From Gammaproteobacteria bacterium (GTDB lineage Bacteria > Pseudomonadota > Gammaproteobacteria > SZUA-152), in the NCBI GenBank assembly GCA_013151575.1, contig JAADHZ010000081.1:1-50298 (forward strand): a stretch of DNA of 50,298 nt, written 5' to 3'. The notes under the pieces were generated by a model. That model was not told the DNA's origin. It was given only the letters and a program-made list of their open reading frames with translations, and made no database searches. A program made the position numbers and the translations under genes. This document shows positions 44,024 through 50,298 of the stretch, one piece after another. Position 1 is the first letter of the stretch. Every line of letters starts with the position of its first letter.

Positions 44024-47000
44024 TCTGCTTCTGCGGCCCGTGGTGAAATCATCGCGTCACGCATTCGTTCTATCAGCAATATTATCGTTGGCACCACCAC
44101 CAGCACCAGCACCGTAGCAAAGGCCAGTCCAAAGCTGATGGTGGTGGCCATGGGAATTAAAAACTTGGCTTGCAGGGAGGTTTCGAATAGCAGCGGGGTC
44201 AGGCCAGCGATGGTGGTGAGCGAGGTAAGCAGTACCGCCCGTAGGCGTTGGCAGGCTGCTTCGATGACAGCAGCTTCGGCTGCCATGCCCTGGCGGCGCA
44301 GTTTCTGGTAGAAAGTCACCAGAATAATGGAGTCGTTGACGACGATGCCGGACAAACCAAAAAAACCAAACAACGACAACACGGTTAGTTCGATATCCAT
44401 GACCCAATGTCCAAAAATAGCGCCCACTAGCCCAAAGGGAATCACTGCCATAACTACAAATGGTTTGCTGTAAGATGAAAACACCCACGCCAGAATAATG
44501 TACATAAGTAAGAAGGCGATCAGCGCGCCAGAGCGAAGGTCCGCCATGGTTTCCGCCTGGTCTCGTGCCCGCCCCTGAAATACCGCATCGACGCCGTATC
44601 GGGTTTTGAGCATCGGCAATACATCGGCGTTTAGTGCCTCACGTATGTCGTTGTTGTTGGTGATGCCGCGGTCGACGTCTCCCGTCACGGATACCGCCAG
44701 CCGACCCTCGGTGTGGCGCAGAGCGTCAAATCCACGTCGGTGGCTCAGCTCAATCACATTGCCCAGCGGCACGCTGTCGCCATCGGGCAGCATGATGTGC
44801 AGGCTGTCCATGCCGGATAATGTCGCGCGTTCGGCGCGCGGCAACATGACGCGCACTTCCACCTCATCCTGCCCATCCTGAAATAGCTGAACCAGGCGTC
44901 CGTCGAAGGCTGTGCGCATCTGCTGCCCCACGGCTTCGACATCCAGCCCCAGGGTTTTTCCGGTGGGCGTCAGGTGGTAGATCAGCTGTTCCTGCCCCCA
45001 GGGCAGGTCGTCTTCCACGGCGCTGACGCCGGGCAAAGCGCTTAGTGTGTTGACCAGTTCGCTGGCGGCGAGCTTCAATTGCAACGGGATGTCACTAGTG
45101 AGGCGAATGTCGATGTCTCGCCCTGGGTGCCCGGCGCGACGTTCAGCGATGGTGAAGGATTCAACCCCGGCGGGCACCACAATGCGCTGCTGCCAGGCCT
45201 CGATAAAATCGCGGTTTTTAATGGCACGGTTTTCAGGGCTCACCAATTCCACCACCATGGAGCCGTGGTGATTGCCAGTGCGCGCATTGCCACCGCCTGC
45301 GGTTTGCCCTACGCCTTGCCGGGCGACGGCGGCGGCGATCAGCCCGCCCCCGAGTTCAGATTCGGTCTCGGCCAGGGTGGTTTGCAACTGTTGCAGAAAC
45401 GCTTCAACCCGCTGGGGTGGGCTGCCGGAGGTAAACGCCACGGTGGCGAAAATCAACCGACCTTCCACATTGGGGAAAAAGGTAAAACCGATGCGTCCGC
45501 CCGCCACCATGCCTGCCGCCACGATTAACACCGCCAGCGACAGGCTCAGGGTGCTGCTGCGATGCCGTATCGCGAAGGTTAGCGCGCGACGAAAAATGCT
45601 GTTGCGAAAGTGGTCGAAGCGGCGGTCAAACCCGCTGCGGAAACGTCCGGGGGCGTGCCGGGTACGTGCCTTCATTCGGGCAAAGGAGCCGCGCAGGTGA
45701 CCGGGCAGGATCAGAAAACATTCGATGAGTGACGCGATGATGACGCAAATCACCACCAGTGGAATGTCGAACATGATGTTGCCCACCACACCGCCCACCA
45801 TCATCAACGGCAGAAAGGCCGCGATGGTGGTGAGCGAAGATGCCATTACCGGCGCCAGCATGCGATGGGCGCCGCCGATGACGGAGGTGTCCGCTGGTTC
45901 GCCTTTTTCAAAATGGGCGAGGGCGTCTTCACCCACCACGATGGCGTCGTCGACGATGATGCCCAGCGCCATGATGAGCCCGAACAGGCTGATCATGTTG
46001 ATGCTGCCACCCACTAAATACAGTACCGCCAGCGCGGCCATGAACGATACGGGCACGCCGACCGCTACCCACAGGGCTACCCGTCGGTTGAGAAATATCA
46101 GCAGGATCGCGACGATCAGAATCAGGCCGCCGCCGCCATTGGTGAGCAGCAATTGAATGCGCTCTTTGATGTGCATCCATTTCTGGTCATACACCTGCAA
46201 GGAAAGGCCGTCGGGAAGGCTGCTGCGGGTGTCCTTCAGCCAGGATTCAAGGATGCGCGCACTGCCCAGGGAGTCTGTCGATTCGGCGCGAAACAGCTGC
46301 AATTCCACGGCGGGTTTGCCCGCCACCGTCAGGCTGACCTGGTCTTCCATTGCGCGGCGTTCGATGAGGGCGATATCGCCCAACGGCAGATTGGTGCCGG
46401 ATGCGTCGGTGATAATGGGCAGGGTCTCGAAATCCTGGACATCGCGGCGTTGGTCGAGGCTGCGCAGTTGGCGCGCCATTTCTTCGCGCCCCACGGCACC
46501 AGCCGGGATGTCCTGGCTTTGTCGGCGCACCCGTTCGGCGATCTGGTCCAGGCTCAGCCCCAACGCCAGCAGGCGCGCGGTGGGGATCTCGATGGCCAGC
46601 TCTTGTTTAGGCAGGCCGTGGATGTCCACCCGTGAGATACCGCGCGCCAGCAACTCGTCCCGCATCGCCTGCACCTGCTTCCGAATCGCTGGGCCATCGG
46701 CGTTGCCGGTGAGCAACAGTCGGGCGATGGACTCGTAACGGGTGATGCGGGTGATCTGGGGTTTTTCGGCCATCTCCGGCAGGTTTCGGACCCGGCCCAC
46801 GATGCTGTTTACCTGCTCTAACGCCACGTCCATGGCGGTGTGTTCGTTGAACTCCAGCGTTAGCGCAGCAATGCCGGTGGCCGAGGTGGATGTCAGACGG
46901 CGTAGGTTTTCCATGCCGCGCAGGGCTTGCTCTAGCGGTGCGGTGATGCCGGTTTCCACGTCCTCGGCATTAGCACCGCTCCAAACGACCCGGATGGTGA

Positions 47001-47187
47001 GGATATCCAGCTCAAAACTGGGAAAAAACTGGGTGTTTAATTTGCTGAGCGCCCAGCTGCCCGCGAGCACCATCAGCGCCATCAACAGGTTGGCGGCAAC
47101 CCGGTGATGAACGAATAGGGCGATGAATCCGCGGCGTTTCGTGGTCATGTTATCGGGAGTCTGTCCGGCACGGGGTTCAGCGGACAA
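44020..47187 (-). CDS. RND efflux transporter permease (AcrB/AcrD/AcrF family)
   Basis: 1055 aa. Twelve-TM architecture with two large periplasmic loops. Preceded by an overlapping adaptor gene. Confidence 0.9.
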   Translation of the reverse strand: MSAEPRAGQTPDNMTTKRRGFIALFVHHRVAANLLMALMVLAGSWALSKLNTQFFPSFELDILTIRVVWSGANAEDVETGITAPLEQALRGMENLRRLTSTSATGIAALTLEFNEHTAMDVALEQVNSIVGRVRNLPEMAEKPQITRITRYESIARLLLTGNADGPAIRKQVQAMRDELLARGISRVDIHGLPKQELAIEIPTARLLALGLSLDQIAERVRRQSQDIPAGAVGREEMARQLRSLDQRRDVQDFETLPIITDASGTNLPLGDIALIERRAMEDQVSLTVAGKPAVELQLFRAESTDSLGSARILESWLKDTRSSLPDGLSLQVYDQKWMHIKERIQLLLTNGGGGLILIVAILLIFLNRRVALWVAVGVPVSFMAALAVLYLVGGSINMISLFGLIMALGIIVDDAIVVGEDALAHFEKGEPADTSVIGGAHRMLAPVMASSLTTIAAFLPLMMVGGVVGNIMFDIPLVVICVIIASLIECFLILPGHLRGSFARMKARTRHAPGRFRSGFDRRFDHFRNSIFRRALTFAIRHRSSTLSLSLAVLIVAAGMVAGGRIGFTFFPNVEGRLIFATVAFTSGSPPQRVEAFLQQLQTTLAETESELGGGLIAAAVARQGVGQTAGGGNARTGNHHGSMVVELVSPENRAIKNRDFIEAWQQRIVVPAGVESFTIAERRAGHPGRDIDIRLTSDIPLQLKLAASELVNTLSALPGVSAVEDDLPWGQEQLIYHLTPTGKTLGLDVEAVGQQMRTAFDGRLVQLFQDGQDEVEVRVMLPRAERATLSGMDSLHIMLPDGDSVPLGNVIELSHRRGFDALRHTEGRLAVSVTGDVDRGITNNNDIREALNADVLPMLKTRYGVDAVFQGRARDQAETMADLRSGALIAFLLMYIILAWVFSSYSKPFVVMAVIPFGLVGAIFGHWVMDIELTVLSLFGFFGLSGIVVNDSIILVTFYQKLRRQGMAAEAAVIEAACQRLRAVLLTSLTTIAGLTPLLFETSLQAKFLIPMATTISFGLAFATVLVLVVVPTIILLIERMRDAMISPRAAEAD

Positions 47188-48430
47188 TGGAAACCTTGAG
47201 GCCGTCGATGGCGTGAGGGAGTTGGGTGGTGAGAATCAGTTCGTCGGGAGATAACCCGGGAGCGCGCACGAGCATGCGCTCTCGGGACTGTGCATCACGC
47301 GTGACGCCCAGGCGTTGCACGGCCACAGTCCGTAGCTGTTGGTCCTCCACGCGATAAATTCGTTCGCTGTCGTATACCGCCTCGGGGGGCAGGGCGAGCA
47401 CATTGTGCAACGGGGGGAGTTGCAGCTCCAGCTTGAGCACTTCGCCCAAGGCATAGGTATTGTCATGTGGCGGCAGTTGGAATATTGCATCGACGCTGCC
47501 GGCTTTGACGCTGCCACTGAGCCGCACCAGTGGCAGACGCCCGCTGTTGGACGGTGTACCAGATGACGGTAACACGCTTGCCGTCAAGGGCTGCTGGTTG
47601 CTCAACGCCGCACGAATCGCAGGCAGGTGCCGGTTGGGGACTGGGGCGCGCACCTCCAGCGTGTCCAGCTCATAAAGTTCCACTAGGCTGTCTCCGGGCT
47701 GGGCGTGGCCGCCGGGGGCGGCGGTGACGCGGGTGACGCGCGCCCGGAAAGGCGCCGTGATGCGGCTGTGTCGCAAATTTTGGCTAGCCAGGCCGCGCAA
47801 CGCCTTGGCCTTTGCAACGCGAGCTGTTAATTCGGCCTGGCGGGCGGTGTGCTCGGCCACTGCTAACCGACGCTGTTCCAAAACGAGCGTTTGTCGCACC
47901 ACGTTTTGCCGGGTTTCATCGGTACGGGTCTGAGCCGTCAACTGGTTTTTTTGCAGGCGTTGCGCCCGTTTCCACTCCTGTTTCGCCAGCGTCAGCAGAT
48001 TTTCCTCCAGCGCCAATGCGTCCTGATCATTGCGGTAACGAATCGTTTCATTCTGCAATTGGGCCTGCGCTTCTGCATATTCCGCTTTTCGCTGGGCCAA
48101 CATGAGTCGGGTTTCGGTGTCGTCGAGCTGCACCAGCAATTGACCTTGCGCAACTTCGTTACCGTCGCGCACGGGCACTTGCTGGATATCGGCGCTAATG
48201 GTGGCGATTAGGCGGGTTTCGCTAGGGGATTCGGTACGCCCGAACAGAGTCGTCAGCGGTGCGTAATCGCCCGGTGTCGCGGTTTGTACGGTCACCGGCC
48301 ACTCGGGTTTTTCCGCCGTAAGGGGGAGTGTGCCCGGTCGGGAAGCCATCAATGCCACGAAGATGGCGGCGGCCAGCGAGAGGATGATGACCGGTGCAAC
48401 AATCGCAAGCGAAATACGCCCTTTGAACAT
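47177..48430 (-). CDS. RND efflux periplasmic adaptor subunit (HlyD/MFP family)
   Basis: N-terminal TM anchor, coiled-coil hairpin (AQRKAEYAEAQAQLQNE...LAKQEWKRAQRL), barrel regions. 11-nt overlap with the RND gene. Confidence 0.85.
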   Translation of the reverse strand: MFKGRISLAIVAPVIILSLAAAIFVALMASRPGTLPLTAEKPEWPVTVQTATPGDYAPLTTLFGRTESPSETRLIATISADIQQVPVRDGNEVAQGQLLVQLDDTETRLMLAQRKAEYAEAQAQLQNETIRYRNDQDALALEENLLTLAKQEWKRAQRLQKNQLTAQTRTDETRQNVVRQTLVLEQRRLAVAEHTARQAELTARVAKAKALRGLASQNLRHSRITAPFRARVTRVTAAPGGHAQPGDSLVELYELDTLEVRAPVPNRHLPAIRAALSNQQPLTASVLPSSGTPSNSGRLPLVRLSGSVKAGSVDAIFQLPPHDNTYALGEVLKLELQLPPLHNVLALPPEAVYDSERIYRVEDQQLRTVAVQRLGVTRDAQSRERMLVRAPGLSPDELILTTQLPHAIDGLKVSIVR

Positions 48431-48517
48431 GCAGTGACCCCTGCGCTGAATTTACCGACAGTATATCGAAAATGTCGCTCTGGTGATGCGGGGGGTGCTG
48501 CCGGGACGGCGGGCGGT

Positions 48518-49132
48518 TTAGCTGGAAAGCGGCAGAAACACGCTCAAAATCACGCAGTGTTGACTGAGGGCCTCAAGGCGGTCGCCTTCGCTGCGCCCGG
48601 GGGGCACCAACATCACATCGCCCGCCTTGCAGGACGTGCCGTTGTTGCGGGAGCGGGTATGTGGCCACCAGTGGCGTTTGCGAGCTTTTTCTTCATGGTT
48701 GTGTGGCGGGCTTGATGACCGTTTGCGAATCACGGCCGTTCCCGATACTGCGAGAAACATGGCCTGGCTGCTAGTGTGTGATGCCAGCGGGATGGAGCAG
48801 CCCTTGCATACGGAAATCAGGTCGGCCTGGATTTCCCGCGTGGCTAGCAGTTTGAACAATGTAGGGACACTGCGGTTGACTGCGCCGCCATTGGCTCTCT
48901 CAAGTGAGCGCCGGTAAACCGGGTCGCCCAACAGCGAGCGGTGCAGCAGTTGAATGTTCGATTTGGTGATGTCATCGGTATTGGCGTGGGCATGTTTTGC
49001 ATATCGCTGCATGATATCCATTCCCGCCCGGAATTCGTGCCACACGGCATGTTTTTCCATCAGCCCGGACTCACCGCCAGCGCCGACGTGGGTGGGTTGG
49101 GAAATCTTGATTTTGGTGGCAAGAGAATTCAC
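48518..49132 (-). CDS. Hypothetical protein, weakly cupin-like
   Basis: Longest ORF in this interval. Cupin-like strands (CSIPLASHTSSQAMFLAVSGTAV ... KAGDVMLVPPG) are interrupted by a basic stretch (RKRSSSPPHNHEEKARKRHWWPHTRSRNNG). Confidence 0.4.
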   Translation of the reverse strand: MNSLATKIKISQPTHVGAGGESGLMEKHAVWHEFRAGMDIMQRYAKHAHANTDDITKSNIQLLHRSLLGDPVYRRSLERANGGAVNRSVPTLFKLLATREIQADLISVCKGCSIPLASHTSSQAMFLAVSGTAVIRKRSSSPPHNHEEKARKRHWWPHTRSRNNGTSCKAGDVMLVPPGRSEGDRLEALSQHCVILSVFLPLSS

Positions 49133-49472
49133 GGAACCTCGCTTTGGTGCTTGTTACGATTGACTAACGACGTGTATTGCATCGAAATGGTTAACCTTAT
49201 TTTCAGCAGGGGGAAATACTCATCCAACGGGGGGATGGCATCCCTGTCAATCTTGTGGCCCGCCATTCATGATGAGCACAGCATTAGGGTAGCCTGATTA
49301 TTTGCGGGTAAAATATGAACTATTGCCCAGGTAAATTGTGTAAAATTTCCTTTGTGGTCCACTTTGGGAGTGGTTGGTGTTGCCCGGGAGGACGAGGAAA
49401 TGACAATGTTTTGTTTTCAGGAAGGAGCCGTTCACTGGTTCTGGCCGATAAAATAATGAAGGAGCGGTTGTC

Positions 49473-50120
49473 GTGTCGCTAGAAAAAATATCGCTGTTTG
49501 TGGATTTGACAGAGTCTGAACTGGAGGCCATCTCCAGGTTGGCTGTGACTCGCAGTTTTCAAAAGAATACCTTGGTGTTGTGCGAGGGTGAGCAGTCCGA
49601 TTCCATGTATGTGGTGTTGTCCGGGAAGGTAAAGGTGTTTCTGTCGGATGAGGATGGCAAGGAAGTCACACTCAATTTGCAGGGAAAGGGGGAATATTTC
49701 GGAGAGCTAGCCCTGTTGGATGAGGCGCCGCGATCCGCTTCCGTGATGACTGTGGAAGACACGCAGTTGACGGTGATATCCAAAAAGGCTTTCGATCAAT
49801 GTATGTCGCACAATCCGGACATCGCATTGAAAGTCATTCGCGGCCTTGCCCGGCGGTTGCGGGAGCTGACCGAAAACGTCCGCAGCCTGGCACTGATGGA
49901 TGTGTACGGCCGGGTAGCCCGGGCGCTACTGGAATTGGCCGAGGACCGGGACGGTAAAAAAATGATTGTCCAACGCCTGACCCAGCGCGATATCGCCAGC
50001 ATGGTGGGGGCATCGCGTGAGATGGTCAGCAGGATCCTGCGTGACCTCACCGAAGGTGGGTACATCACCATCAAACGTAAGGTAATCACCATTCACGAAC
50101 GCCTGCCCACTGCCTGGTAG
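49473..50120 (+). CDS. Crp/Fnr-family cyclic-nucleotide-binding transcriptional regulator
   Basis: cNMP-binding domain (GEYFGELALLDEAPRSASV) and C-terminal HTH (TQRDIASMVGASREMVSRILRDLTEGGYI). GTG start. Confidence 0.9.
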   Translation: MSLEKISLFVDLTESELEAISRLAVTRSFQKNTLVLCEGEQSDSMYVVLSGKVKVFLSDEDGKEVTLNLQGKGEYFGELALLDEAPRSASVMTVEDTQLTVISKKAFDQCMSHNPDIALKVIRGLARRLRELTENVRSLALMDVYGRVARALLELAEDRDGKKMIVQRLTQRDIASMVGASREMVSRILRDLTEGGYITIKRKVITIHERLPTAW

Positions 50121-50298
50121 CATCTTGCGACCATGTCGGTTGTGACGCGGGTGTTGAGGGGCGACATGACAGACAACATCGAAAAGATCTATAGCGGTAA
50201 AGCGTTGACAGCGGTTCCCGCTAATTATTTCATACTCACCGTGCGTAAAAAATTCTGATTGTTTTAGTCAATACTTTGGTTTGGGGCACAGACAGGTC

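Noticed and set aside
50195-50223. Promoter-like TTGACA-N17-TTTCAT near the window end.
   Set aside because: The -10 is poor and the downstream gene lies outside the window, so the site cannot be evaluated.
1-50298. Looked for CRISPR arrays, tRNA or rRNA genes, integrase genes and attachment-site-like direct repeats.
   Set aside because: None were recognised by eye. The only regularly spaced repeats are the 15-bp duplication at 3127-3162 and the poly-Lys tract. A proper tRNA or CRISPR scan is still advisable.

Overview
About 50 kb of a Gram-negative chromosome, probably gamma- or beta-proteobacterial judging by gcvR-bcp / dapA-bamC synteny and rnhA-dnaQ. By eye (not computed) it is a mosaic of G+C-rich core blocks and AT-richer accessory blocks. 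From left to right: (1) a 5'-truncated ankyrin-repeat gene ending in a K16 tail, and a PlsC-type acyltransferase. (2) A ~3.5-kb AT-richer islet bracketed by IS66 remnants, carrying a kexin-like S8 lipoprotein protease, a secreted prodomain-like protein and a broken toxin/HTH pair. (3) Core genes: bcp, gcvR, dapA, bamC, rnhA, dnaQ, with an IS200/IS605 transposase relic and a long palindromic element in between. (4) A GGDEF-EAL sensor, three nucleotide-sugar genes for acidic sugars, and the PEP-CTERM exopolysaccharide control module (EpsB-like priming transferase, PrsK, PrsR, PrsT). (5) A minus-strand metal block: MerR regulator, Met-rich periplasmic protein, AhpD-like protein, and a Cu(I) P-type ATPase with YHS-type N-terminal modules. 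A palindromic element follows, then a tight YHS / patatin / Cys-rich HD-GYP / FAD-oxidoreductase operon. (6) A Wsp-like chemosensory pathway ending in a REC-GGDEF cyclase. Its receptor has a periplasmic CXXCH haem motif, and its CheB/WspF gene appears reduced to about 31 codons. (7) An RND pump with its adaptor, a cupin-like ORF and a Crp/Fnr regulator. I saw no rRNA, tRNA or CRISPR array. The best candidates for undescribed biology are the metal-linked patatin/HD-GYP operon and the haem-sensing, CheB-less Wsp-like system. All family assignments rest on motifs read by eye and on memory of the families, not on searches.
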